Program-made: the position numbers and the translations under genes
Assembly (NCBI GenBank): GCA_045220525.1
Contig: JBGUVV010000338.1
Span: forward strand, 1-34,570
Length of the DNA: 34,570 bases
From: Kiritimatiellia bacterium
GTDB lineage: Bacteria; Verrucomicrobiota; Kiritimatiellia; RFP12; UBA1067
Reading direction: 5' to 3'
In this document: one piece after another, positions 25,557 to 33,992 of the stretch
Layout: each line of letters starts with the position of its first letter
Numbering within the stretch: position 1 is the first letter of the stretch
Notes under the pieces: generated by a model
The model's database searches: none
What the model saw: only the letters and a program-made list of their open reading frames with translations
Told to the model about the DNA's origin: nothing

Positions 25557-27509
25557 TTACTTCATCGTAAAGTCTGCGTCGACGACGTCGTCATTCCCCT
25601 TCGCGGCTTTGCCGGCTTCGGAGGACGAGCCGCCCTGCGATCCCGGCGGAGGCGTTCCCGCGCCGGGAGGAGGCGTGCCAGCGCCGCCCTGTGCGCCCTG
25701 CGCCGCCTGGGCGGAGGCGTACATCTCCTGCGCGACAGGCTCCATCGCCTTCATGAGCGCGTCCTCCTTCGCCTTGATGTCGGCGATCGGGGCCGGAGGC
25801 TGCTTCGCGAGCAGGTCCTTGAGTTCCTTGAGGGCGGCCTCGACAGGGGCCTTCTTGTCGGCGGCGATCTTGTCGCCGGACTCCCTCAGGGTCTTTTCGA
25901 CCTGGAAGGCGAGGCCGTCGGCCTTGTTGCGGGCCTCCACCTCCTCGTGGCGCCTCTCGTCCTCTGCCGCGTGGGCCTCGGCGTCCTTGCGCATCTTCTC
26001 GATCTCCTCCTTCGAGAGACCGCCAGCGGCGGTAATCGTGATCTTCTGCTCCTTCTGGGTGCCGAGATCCTTAGCGGAGACGTTGAGGATGCCGTTAGCG
26101 TCGATGTCGAACGTGACCTCGATCTGCGGAACGCCGCGCGGGGCGGGCGGGATGCCGTCGAGGTTGAAGTTGCCGAGCGCCTTGTTGTCGCGCGCCATCT
26201 TGCGGTCGCCCTGGAAGATCGCGATCGTGACGGCAGGCTGGTTGTCGGCAGCAGTCGAGAACACCTGGCTCTTCTTCGTCGGGATCGTAGTGTTGCGCTC
26301 GATGAGGGGCGTCATCACGCCGCCGAGGGTCTCGATGCCGAGCGTAAGCGGCGTCACGTCGAGGAGGAGGACGTCCTTCACCTCGCCCTTGAGGATGCCG
26401 CCCTGAATCGCCGCGCCCATGGCGACGACCTCGTCTGGGTTCACGCCCTTGTGGGGCTCCTTGCCGAAGTGCGACTTCGCCTTCTCCTGGATGAGCGGCA
26501 TGCGGGTCTGTCCGCCGACAAGCACGACTTCATCGACCGAAGAGAGCTCTGCGTCGGCAAGGCACTTGCGGCACGGATCGGACGTGCGGTTCACGAGGTC
26601 CATCGTGAGCGTCTCGAGCTTCTGCTTAGTGAGCGTCATCGCAAGGTGCTTCGGGCCATTCGCGTCCGCCGTGATGAACGGCAGGTTGATGTCGTAGGTG
26701 GTCGCGGTGGAAAGCGCGCACTTGGCCTTCTCCGCCTCTTCCTTGAGGCGCTGGAGCGCCATCATGTCGGAGCCGAGGTCGATCCCCTGCTGGGCCTTGA
26801 AGTCCTCGATCATCCACTTCATGATCGACTGGTCGAGGTCGTCGCCGCCGAGGTGCGTGTCGCCGTTGGTGGCCTTCACCTCGAAGACGCCGTCGCCGAT
26901 GTCGAGGACGGAGATATCGAACGTTCCGCCGCCGAAGTCATAGACCGCGATCTTCTCGTTTTTCTTCTTGTCGAGGCCGTAGGCGAGCGAAGCCGCAGTC
27001 GGCTCGTTCACGATGCGCTTCACGTCGAGACCGGCGATCTTGCCGGCGTCCTTCGTCGCCTGGCGCTGCTGGTCGTTGAAGTACGCGGGAACCGTGATGA
27101 CCGCCTCGGTGATCTTCTCGCCGAGGAACGACTCCGCGTCTTCCTTCAGCTTGCGGAGAACCATCGCGGAAATCTCCTGGGCCGTATAGACCTTGTCGTT
27201 CACCTTGACGGCCGCGTCACCGTTCGGCGCCGCGACGACTTCATAGGGAACCATCTTGATTTCATCTGTCATTTCGCTGAACCTGCGCCCGATGAACCTC
27301 TTGATGGAGTAAATTGTGGATTTCGGGTTCGTGACAGCCTGGCGCTTCGCCGCCTGGCCGACGAGAATCTCGCCTGTCTTCGTGAAAGCCACGATTGAAG
27401 GCGTGGTGCGGGCGCCTTCCTTGTTAGGTATTACCGTTGCCTCTCCGCCTTCCATTACAGCCATGCAGCTGTTGGTCGTGCCAAGATCAATTCCAAGAAC
27501 TTTTGCCAT
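25557..27509 (-). CDS. dnaK: Chaperone DnaK (Hsp70)
   Basis: [18 protein letters not shown]..., [12 protein letters not shown] and the other Hsp70 signatures. The start is at 27509 (GAGGA RBS); the track ORF is extended upstream via a GTG. The C-terminal tail has a duplicated GAGTPPP (42 nt at about 25644-25685). Confidence 0.98.
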   Translation of the reverse strand: MAKVLGIDLGTTNSCMAVMEGGEATVIPNKEGARTTPSIVAFTKTGEILVGQAAKRQAVTNPKSTIYSIKRFIGRRFSEMTDEIKMVPYEVVAAPNGDAAVKVNDKVYTAQEISAMVLRKLKEDAESFLGEKITEAVITVPAYFNDQQRQATKDAGKIAGLDVKRIVNEPTAASLAYGLDKKKNEKIAVYDFGGGTFDISVLDIGDGVFEVKATNGDTHLGGDDLDQSIMKWMIEDFKAQQGIDLGSDMMALQRLKEEAEKAKCALSTATTYDINLPFITADANGPKHLAMTLTKQKLETLTMDLVNRTSDPCRKCLADAELSSVDEVVLVGGQTRMPLIQEKAKSHFGKEPHKGVNPDEVVAMGAAIQGGILKGEVKDVLLLDVTPLTLGIETLGGVMTPLIERNTTIPTKKSQVFSTAADNQPAVTIAIFQGDRKMARDNKALGNFNLDGIPPAPRGVPQIEVTFDIDANGILNVSAKDLGTQKEQKITITAAGGLSKEEIEKMRKDAEAHAAEDERRHEEVEARNKADGLAFQVEKTLRESGDKIAADKKAPVEAALKELKDLLAKQPPAPIADIKAKEDALMKAMEPVAQEMYASAQAAQGAQGGAGTPPPGAGTPPPGSQGGSSSEAGKAAKGNDDVVDADFTMK

Positions 27510-27558
27510 TTTATTTTCCTCATCTTTCCATCGCCTACTGTGGCGACGAGAATTATAT

Positions 27559-27574
27559 TGCAAAAGGCGTGCCA
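27559..27574 (-). promoter_or_regulatory. Sigma-54-type -24/-12 promoter element upstream of dnaK
   Basis: The minus strand reads TGGCACGCCTTTTGCA, i.e. TGGCACG-N4-TTGCA, an exact match to the RpoN consensus (GG and GC separated by 10 nt). It lies 50-65 nt upstream of the dnaK ATG. Confidence 0.6.
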
Positions 27575-27624
27575 CGCCCTGAATGTGAGACACGTCCACT
27601 TAGAACCACCCGCCTAAAAGCAAA

Positions 27625-27656
27625 GTGGGACATCTTGTCGCGACAACATGTCCCAC
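27625..27656. promoter_or_regulatory. 32-bp near-perfect palindrome (candidate enhancer/operator) in the dnaK-nnrD divergent region
   Basis: GTGGGACATcTTGTCGCGACAAcATGTCCCAC: 15 of 16 pairs are complementary, with a single C/C mismatch. Its centre is about 75 nt upstream of the -24 element, and it abuts the putative nnrD -35. Confidence 0.6.
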
Positions 27657-27685
27657 TTTCAAGATGTTCGTGTTTTTGCTATACT
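27657..27685 (+). promoter_or_regulatory. Putative nnrD promoter (extended -10, leaderless-type spacing)
   Basis: TGcTATACT at 27677-27685 with a weak -35 (TTTCAA at 27657-27662, 17-nt spacer). Ten nt separate the -10 from the ATG at 27696, with no Shine-Dalgarno. Confidence 0.45.
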
Positions 27686-27695
27686 TCACTTTCAT

Positions 27696-28517
27696 ATGGA
27701 ACTACCCTCTTCTATCCTTAGCGCTTTCCCTAAAAGGGCATACGATGCGCACAAGTATTCTATCGGCACCATAGCGGTGATAGGAGGATCCGAGCGATTC
27801 GTCCACGCCCCCGTGATATGCGCCCTTGGGGCAAGGGCCGCGGGGGCGGGCCTTGTGCATCTCGTGGCGCCGAAAGAGTCGCTTGCCGCGGCAGGAGCAC
27901 TCGTGCCGGAGGCAACGTTCATGGAAAAGACTCTGTCGTTCATTCCGCCAAAGGCAGATGTCATTGCAATAGGCATGGGGCTTGGCGCTTCAAAGGCAAC
28001 ACAGGCGCTCGTTTCCAATACGCTCAAGGGGCCTTGCAAACGTTTTGTAATTGATGCCGACGGCCTCTTGGCGCTTCCCGAAGAGAACGCGGAAGACGCC
28101 GAAATCATCCTCACCCCGCACGAGGGCGAGGCAGCGAGACTCCTTGGCTGCGAATCCAGCGCCGTGCAAAAAGACCGAGCCGGGTCCGCCAAAAGGATTG
28201 CCGAGCGCTACCGCGCGATCTGCGTCCTCAAAGGGCCGCACACATTGGTTGCAGGGCCAGACGGACGCATGTTCACATGCGAGGCCGGGAACCCCTTCAT
28301 GGCAATGGGAGGGATGGGAGACCTTCTTTCAGGCGTCATTGCGGCGCGATGGGCATACATCAAGGATGCGTATCTCGCGGCCTGCTCGGCAACGTGGCTG
28401 CACGCAACAGCCTCAGACGCAATCGTCGGAGCGCAGGAGCCCGGCGACCCCTCCATCGTCAACACTGCGGCAAAGATAGGTTCGCTGAGGGTTGCGCTCG
28501 AGTCTCGCGCATCCTGA
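27696..28517 (+). CDS. nnrD: ADP-dependent (S)-NAD(P)H-hydrate dehydratase (YjeF C-terminal / carbohydrate-kinase domain)
   Basis: HKYSIGTIAVIGGS..., ITPHEGEAARLLG, VLKGPHTLVA and GNPFMAMGGMGDLLSGVIAA are the family motifs. The start is chosen at MELPSSIL (27696) rather than 27648, which lies inside the palindrome. Confidence 0.85.
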   Translation: MELPSSILSAFPKRAYDAHKYSIGTIAVIGGSERFVHAPVICALGARAAGAGLVHLVAPKESLAAAGALVPEATFMEKTLSFIPPKADVIAIGMGLGASKATQALVSNTLKGPCKRFVIDADGLLALPEENAEDAEIILTPHEGEAARLLGCESSAVQKDRAGSAKRIAERYRAICVLKGPHTLVAGPDGRMFTCEAGNPFMAMGGMGDLLSGVIAARWAYIKDAYLAACSATWLHATASDAIVGAQEPGDPSIVNTAAKIGSLRVALESRAS

Positions 28518-29777
28518 TCAATCCTGCTTGCGCGGCATTACGAACGCCGCAACGAGGGCAAGGAGCACGGGGACGGCGATGAAATCGAGGGCGACTGCGC
28601 CCGCGACTTCGTCTGCCTCCACGCAGGAATCGGTCGCAAGCCGCTCAACAGGGTTAAGCGACGAGACAGGCCTTGTCACCTTTTCTATGAAGCGAGTCAT
28701 GACAAGTCCTATGCGGTCGGATGCATTAGTCTCGAGTTCGTCGGGATACTGCTCCACCACGCTCGGGCTCATTTCAGCCACGATGAGGAAAACCATCGCG
28801 ACGAAGAGCGCGACAGGCCTTCCAAGAGACGCCGAAAGGAAGATGCCGAACGAGACGACTAGCGCCAGTATCGCCACAAGCTCCAGACACGCCCTTACGA
28901 GGTTCATGAGGAACGAATCTGCAGGGACGAGCAGCTCGACGTCCCTGCGGGGACGAAACATTAGAGCGGACGCGCCGAGGTTCCTGAAGGAGAGCTCGTC
29001 GCCAGCAGGCGCACTGCCGACAAGCGGAACCTTTACGACGGCCTGCGTCATGTTGCTCGCAACGCCGCTAAGCCCGCCCATGCTAAAAACGCCGCGCACT
29101 TCGTCGCGCATGTCGAACCTGTTGGTGAATCTCGCGCGCACGGCAAGACCGGCAGACGAGGCATCGGAGGCGATGTCCTCCGGGATGGAAAATCGCCATG
29201 TCGCCGTTTCGTTAGTCCCGACGGTGTCGTACCTGTCTATCGCCCTGTTGGCGAGAATGCGGACGACGACCGCCTTGCCCGCATTCTTGACGGCCGCAGG
29301 AGTGTTGGGATCCGCCATATAAGTCTTGTACATCGCCTCCGCCTCTTCGCGCGGCGAGGGCATGACGGGCTTGAGCACATGGCTGCACCGCTCGGAGACC
29401 CCCGTGCGAAAGCATACCGCAACGGCGGCTAAGGCCAGCACGACCGCCACGCATGCGGTGAGCGCCGACGCCTTTGCGAGCGCAATCGAAAAATACCGGA
29501 CCGGGCGGACCATGGAAAGCTGGAGTCTGCTTGCCGCCCTCTCGCTCGCAATGGCCCCCGTGGCCGAGGAAAGAAGAGCCACTACGAGCAGCGAAAACAC
29601 GCCGCCGAGCGAGTACCTGACGAAGACCTCCCGCGCTCCATCGACAGTGCCGTCGCCAGTTGCGGTGAAAGCTACGACAGCTATCCACGCCGCCGAGGCC
29701 GCAAGAAGCATGGCGAACGTCTTTGAACGGACGAGGGACGTCGCCTCAAGCTTGAATATCTCGACAAAGCCCCTCAC
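28518..29777 (-). CDS. ABC-2-type permease-like membrane protein with a large extracytoplasmic insert (419 aa)
   Basis: About 6 predicted TM segments with a ~175-aa hydrophilic domain between TM3 and TM4. ATGA-type 4-nt overlap with the ABC ATPase gene. Confidence 0.6.
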   Translation of the reverse strand: MRGFVEIFKLEATSLVRSKTFAMLLAASAAWIAVVAFTATGDGTVDGAREVFVRYSLGGVFSLLVVALLSSATGAIASERAASRLQLSMVRPVRYFSIALAKASALTACVAVVLALAAVAVCFRTGVSERCSHVLKPVMPSPREEAEAMYKTYMADPNTPAAVKNAGKAVVVRILANRAIDRYDTVGTNETATWRFSIPEDIASDASSAGLAVRARFTNRFDMRDEVRGVFSMGGLSGVASNMTQAVVKVPLVGSAPAGDELSFRNLGASALMFRPRRDVELLVPADSFLMNLVRACLELVAILALVVSFGIFLSASLGRPVALFVAMVFLIVAEMSPSVVEQYPDELETNASDRIGLVMTRFIEKVTRPVSSLNPVERLATDSCVEADEVAGAVALDFIAVPVLLALVAAFVMPRKQD

Positions 29778-30553
29778 CGGCGAGACTCCTGCGAAAGAAA
29801 GGGCGCCAAGCGGAAATGCTCTACGTCTCCGACCTTCGCAAGGAAGAACTCCTCAAGGCTCGTTCCAAGGTCGGCTACGCGCCCTTCCGCAACCGACTTG
29901 CCGTGGTTGAGGATCACGACGCGGTCGCATACGTCCTCTGCGTCGGCAAGGAGGTGCGACGTCATGAGAATCGTCATCCCGCCGGCGCTCAACGCCTTGA
30001 TGAGGGTCTTGACCTCCTTGGTGGATACGGGATCAAGGCCGGAAGTCGGCTCGTCAAGGACGAGAAGATCGGGTTTGCCCACAAGAGACGCCGCGAGCGC
30101 CACCCTGCGCGACATCCCCTTCGAGAACCCGGAGACGACACGAGAAGCCGCATCTTCAAGGCCTACCATCGCCATGAGCTGCGCCGTGCGCTCCCTTGCC
30201 TCTGAGCGCCCGAGCCCGCAAAGTCCCGCATAGTACATCAATGTCTCGCGAGCGGTGAGGAATGGATGGAGGTAGCTGAGCTCCGGAAGATACCCAAGCC
30301 TCTTACGCGCCTCGACGGAACGAGGGGAAAGGCCGAAGAGGGAAACCTCGCCGCCACTCGGCCTCAAAAGGCCGAGGATCATCTTTATCGTGGTGGACTT
30401 CCCTGATCCGTTGGGTCCAAGGAGCCCGAACACCTCGCCTCGCCTCACGTCGAGCGTGAGGCCGTCCACCGCCTTGACGGTCGGCCTAAGCCAGAAATCG
30501 CGGAACGTCCGGCTGACGTTGCGCAGCTCAACTATGTTCTTTCCGCTGTCCAT
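29774..30553 (-). CDS. ABC transporter ATP-binding protein (ABC-2/DrrA-like)
   Basis: Walker A GPNGSGKST, signature-like FSKGMSRRV, and Walker B LLVLDEPTSGLD. The start is at MDSGKNIVELRNV (30553); the track ORF is over-extended into the upstream gene. Confidence 0.9.
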   Translation of the reverse strand: MDSGKNIVELRNVSRTFRDFWLRPTVKAVDGLTLDVRRGEVFGLLGPNGSGKSTTIKMILGLLRPSGGEVSLFGLSPRSVEARKRLGYLPELSYLHPFLTARETLMYYAGLCGLGRSEARERTAQLMAMVGLEDAASRVVSGFSKGMSRRVALAASLVGKPDLLVLDEPTSGLDPVSTKEVKTLIKALSAGGMTILMTSHLLADAEDVCDRVVILNHGKSVAEGRVADLGTSLEEFFLAKVGDVEHFRLAPFLSQESRR

Positions 30554-31428
30554 CCAATCCCCAACAGAATAAACGCGGCAATCGCCGGAATGGCCGCCGC
30601 AAACGGCAAAGCCGCGCCAACCCACGAAACGGAACCTCCGGCGGAGAGCGCGTCTGAAAGATAGTAGTTCCCGGCAAACGGGAGCATGGCCGCGAACAGG
30701 ACGCCAGAGCATGCGGCAGCAACGTTCGCCCTGAAGCGCACGGCAAACGCGGCCGACGCGGAGACGAAAAGCGCCGTGAACGCGACAAGCGGCAGCGCGG
30801 CGAGGAAATACGGGGCTACGACTTCATAGGCAAGCGAGAGCGCCCAGGCCGCAGACGCCAAGGCCATTGCCGCGGCCATGACGGTAGATGCAAGGACGAA
30901 ACGGAACCTGAAGAACCTGTTGGCGGCGGCGGCGGCGACAAGCGGCAGCACCATCACTGCAACGCCGGCGGCAACGCATGGCCCCCATATGCGCGCAATA
31001 CCGCCCGACTGCTCTGCGGCAGCGCCCCCGATGGCGGCTCCGGCGACAGTCACGAGGGAAACACAGAAGACGGCAAGGGCGAAGACAAAGCACGCCACGA
31101 ACGCCCCAGACGCCTTTGCGACAAAGAACACGCCCCTTGAAATCGGGTGCGCAAGGGCCATCTCGACCGTCCCCGTCTCGATCTCCCTGCGGAACGACCT
31201 TATGGTCGCAAAGACGGCAAGGACAGTCCCGCCGGTAAAGACAGCCGAAAAGCCGGCGTCACGGGCCATGCGCGTAGGTTCGCCGAACTGGTGGTAGTGG
31301 AATGCCGGCGCCAGGACCGCGAGGGCAATCGAAGAGAGCAGGATGAGGAGCGTGACAGGCTCGGAGAGTATCTCGAGCGCCGTCGCCTTCATTACAGAAG
31401 TTGACCTGCCCCAGGCAGACACCCTCAT
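30532..31428 (-). CDS. ABC-2-type permease-like polytopic membrane protein
   Basis: Highly hydrophobic Ala/Val/Phe-rich protein with about 6-7 TM segments, immediately upstream of and overlapping the ATPase gene. The exact start is uncertain (ATG 31428, GTG 31422 or ATG 31392). Confidence 0.6.
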   Translation of the reverse strand: MRVSAWGRSTSVMKATALEILSEPVTLLILLSSIALAVLAPAFHYHQFGEPTRMARDAGFSAVFTGGTVLAVFATIRSFRREIETGTVEMALAHPISRGVFFVAKASGAFVACFVFALAVFCVSLVTVAGAAIGGAAAEQSGGIARIWGPCVAAGVAVMVLPLVAAAAANRFFRFRFVLASTVMAAAMALASAAWALSLAYEVVAPYFLAALPLVAFTALFVSASAAFAVRFRANVAAACSGVLFAAMLPFAGNYYLSDALSAGGSVSWVGAALPFAAAIPAIAAFILLGIGWTAERT

Positions 31429-31450
31429 CTCCTCAAGCAGCGATCAAGCC

Positions 31451-32641
31451 CTAAAAGTAGAGCGTCTGCGTGTTCTGGTAGAGGAAGAACGCAAGCGCGC
31501 CCATCATCACGACAGCAGCAGCCTGCACTACCGAAGAAAGCGCATACACCCAGCTTGGCGTCGAATCGACTGAAGCCGATGCGTTCGGAACAGGCGGCAG
31601 CGTGGACGGGATGTCGGGAATGTCCGCTACGTCGGCGACATCCGGGACGTCGCCGCCGGAAGGCGCCGCCGCAGGCTTGGCCGCAGCCATCGCGGGCTTC
31701 TTGATCCCGAACTTTCCGGCAGGCCGCACTGCGCCGCCAGGGCGCGTTATCTTGAGCGTCTTGCGCTGCGTGAGGCTCGTCGAAGCGTCAGTCGAAGCAG
31801 GCGCCTCCGCGGCAGGGGCGGAAGGCTCGGCGGCGTTCGCCGCGGCATCTGCCGGCTTTGCAACTGGCGTAAGGCTGGCGGTTGACCCCGGTATGTTGAC
31901 GGGGCGCTTTATCCGAATCGTCTTCATCGGCGCGTGCTCGTCCTTCACGGGAGCCACGCCCATCGCGTCGGAGAGGGAGATTCGCGCAGTCTTGTGCTTG
32001 GCGGCTTCCTTCTGCGCCTCCGTAACCGCGCCCTCGGCGATTATTCCAGTCTTGCGGAGAATCGCCTGCTGGGGAATGGGCTGGGTTATGCCCTTGAGCT
32101 TCTGGGTGACGCTCTGAAGGGCTTCAAGCGGCTTTGCCTCTGCGACAGGCGCAGGCGCGGCGGCCGCCTCTTCACGGGAAATCGCCTTCGCCTCGACGGT
32201 GGGCAACTTGCCAACGCCCTGCGAATCCACGCCCACCACGGGGGCTGCCGCAGCAGGCGCAATGGGCTTCGGGAGCGGCGCTGGCGTAGGAGCCGCACCT
32301 GGCTTGTGGATGACGGGCTTGGGAGGAAGCTTAAGACCGGGCTTGAGCGCCGAAGCCGTAGCTCCCGGCTTGGGAGGAAGCTTGAGCCCCGGCTTGAGCG
32401 CCGAAACAGTCGCGCCTGGCTTGGGCGGCAGCTTGAGGCCCGGCTTGAGCGCCGAAACGGTAGCTCCCGGCTTTGGCGGCAGCTTGAGCCCCGGCTTGAG
32501 GCCAGTCTGCGTTCCGCCAATCACCGGCTTGCGCACTGCAGGCGTCAGCTTGACCGTTCCGCCGGGAACAGTCGGCTTAACAAGGGGATTCGCCTTTGGA
32601 GGCTCCTCCGCAACGGGCGTCATCTCGACATCGTCTGCCAT
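31451..32641 (-). CDS. Pro/Ala/Lys-rich repeat protein with a single C-terminal TM anchor (396 aa)
   Basis: GGAGGG RBS 16 nt after the frr stop. It has an acidic N-terminus, 3.6 copies of LKPGLKLPPKPGATVSA, a long low-complexity region with K-T-[IL]-[RK]-I-[KT]-R-P motifs, and a C-terminal WVYALSSVVQAAAVVMMGALAFFLY TM. Confidence 0.7.
   Translation of the reverse strand: MADDVEMTPVAEEPPKANPLVKPTVPGGTVKLTPAVRKPVIGGTQTGLKPGLKLPPKPGATVSALKPGLKLPPKPGATVSALKPGLKLPPKPGATASALKPGLKLPPKPVIHKPGAAPTPAPLPKPIAPAAAAPVVGVDSQGVGKLPTVEAKAISREEAAAAPAPVAEAKPLEALQSVTQKLKGITQPIPQQAILRKTGIIAEGAVTEAQKEAAKHKTARISLSDAMGVAPVKDEHAPMKTIRIKRPVNIPGSTASLTPVAKPADAAANAAEPSAPAAEAPASTDASTSLTQRKTLKITRPGGAVRPAGKFGIKKPAMAAAKPAAAPSGGDVPDVADVADIPDIPSTLPPVPNASASVDSTPSWVYALSSVVQAAAVVMMGALAFFLYQNTQTLYF
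32315..32500. repeat. 51-bp coding tandem repeat, about 3.6 copies
   Basis: Period-51 register seen directly (unit starts at about 32316, 32367, 32418 and 32469). It encodes the 17-aa LKPGLKLPPKPGATVSA units, with a few synonymous or near-synonymous differences between copies. Confidence 0.9.
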
Positions 32642-32657
32642 ATCATCCCTCCGTGCG

Positions 32658-33221
32658 TCAAACAGCCATCACCTCGGATTCCTTGGCCTTGAGCTCGGCA
32701 TCGATCTTCGCAATGCCATCGTCAGTGGCCTTCTGGATCTTCTCAAGCCCCTGCTTGAGGTCGTCCTCGGAAATCTTCTTGTCCTTTTCAAGTTTCTTCA
32801 CCATGTCGTTGGCGTCGCGGCGGACGTTGCGCATGGCGACCTTCTGGGCCTCGGCCTGCGTCTTCGCCACCTTCACGATCTCCTTGCGGCGCTCCTCGTT
32901 GAGCTCAGGCACGGTAATGCGAAGGACCTTGCCGTCCGTCTGAGGCGTCACGCCGATGTTCGCGGCAAGTATCGCCTTGTTCATCGCGTCGATCACCGTG
33001 GGGTCGAACGGCGTTATCTTGATCTGCCGCGGCTCCGGGGTCGAGATTGTCCCGAGGTTCTTGATCGGAGTCGGCGCCCCGTAGTAGTCAACCTTGATCT
33101 GATCGACCATAGCGGGCGACGCCTTTCCCGTGCGCAGCCCCGCAAATTGCTGCTTGAGGGCGTCGAAGCTCTTGCCTATCTTCGAAACCGTGTCGTTCAG
33201 GACTTCACTTACCGTTTCCAT
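32658..33221 (-). CDS. frr: Ribosome recycling factor
   Basis: FAGLRTGKASPAMVDQIKVDYYGAPTPIKNLGTISTPEPRQIKITPFD and VAMRNVRRDAND are canonical RRF. Confidence 0.97.
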   Translation of the reverse strand: METVSEVLNDTVSKIGKSFDALKQQFAGLRTGKASPAMVDQIKVDYYGAPTPIKNLGTISTPEPRQIKITPFDPTVIDAMNKAILAANIGVTPQTDGKVLRITVPELNEERRKEIVKVAKTQAEAQKVAMRNVRRDANDMVKKLEKDKKISEDDLKQGLEKIQKATDDGIAKIDAELKAKESEVMAV

Positions 33222-33257
33222 CTGCGTTCCTCCGTTTTCCTTTTCCCGCTCGGGATT

Positions 33258-33983
33258 TCAGCTCACGATTGTTCCCACCGTCCGGCCTGCGACGACGCCT
33301 TCGAGCGCCGACGGGTCGAAGAAGTCGAAGACCACGATGGGGATGTTGTTGTCCATGCAAAGCGCAAAAGCCGCCGAATCCATTACCTTCAGGCGCTTTT
33401 CGAGCGCAGTCTCGTATTTTAGAGACGAATACTTGCGTGCGCTCGGGTCCTTCTTCGGATCCGCCGTGTAGATGCCATCGACCTTCGTCGCCTTGAGAAG
33501 GGCCTCGGCGCCGATTTCGCTCGCCTTTAGCGCGGCGGCAGAATCGGTGGAGAAGTAGGGGTTGCCCGTCCCGCCGCCGAAAATGACAACGCGCCCCTTC
33601 TCGAGGTGGCGAAGCGCGCGCCGCTGTATGAACGGCTCCGCCAGCTTGGGCATCTCTATCGAGGTCATGACGCGCGTCGGCACTCCAATCGACTCCAAAG
33701 CGTTCATCATGGCAAGGGCGTTTATGATCGTGGCGAGCATTCCCATGGAGTCGCCAGTCACCCTGTTGACGCCCTTGCCTGCGCCGGAAAGCCCGCGAAA
33801 GATGTTGCCGCCGCCCAGCACAATGCCTATCTCGCAGCCCATCGCGTGGATTTTCTTGACGCGTTCAGCCATAAAAGCGAGCTTTTCCGGGTCTATGCAC
33901 TCGCCCGTGGACTTGTTTCCAAGGACTTCTCCCGAAAGCTTCAGGAGAATCCTGCGGTATTTCAATTTACGAGACTTCGCCAT
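33258..33983 (-). CDS. pyrH: UMP kinase
   Basis: YRRILLKLSGEVL..., IVLGGGNIFRG and VVIFGGGTGNPYFSTDSAAALKA are canonical PyrH. Confidence 0.97.
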   Translation of the reverse strand: MAKSRKLKYRRILLKLSGEVLGNKSTGECIDPEKLAFMAERVKKIHAMGCEIGIVLGGGNIFRGLSGAGKGVNRVTGDSMGMLATIINALAMMNALESIGVPTRVMTSIEMPKLAEPFIQRRALRHLEKGRVVIFGGGTGNPYFSTDSAAALKASEIGAEALLKATKVDGIYTADPKKDPSARKYSSLKYETALEKRLKVMDSAAFALCMDNNIPIVVFDFFDPSALEGVVAGRTVGTIVS

Positions 33984-33992
33984 TTGATGGTG

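Noticed and set aside
27552-27557. TATAAT hexamer as a sigma-70 -10 for dnaK
   Set aside because: It lacks the TG extension present at the other five sigma-70-like promoters in the window. It has no acceptable -35 at 16-18 nt (AGGGCG/GGGCGT). It is kept only as an alternative in the sigma-54 finding.
27510-27695. Search for CIRCE (HrcA) or HAIR (HspR) operators, or a sigma-32 promoter, upstream of dnaK, and for CIRCE upstream of groES (25501-25556)
   Set aside because: No match to TTAGCACTC-N9-GAGTGCTAA, CTTGAGT-N7-ACTCAAG or CTTGAA-N13-17-CCCCAT was seen on either strand. The region instead carries the sigma-54-like element and a different palindrome.
32315-32500. Regularly spaced 51-bp repeats as a possible CRISPR-like array
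   Set aside because: The repeats are directly tandem with no spacers, in frame, and encode a 17-aa peptide repeat inside a well-supported ORF.
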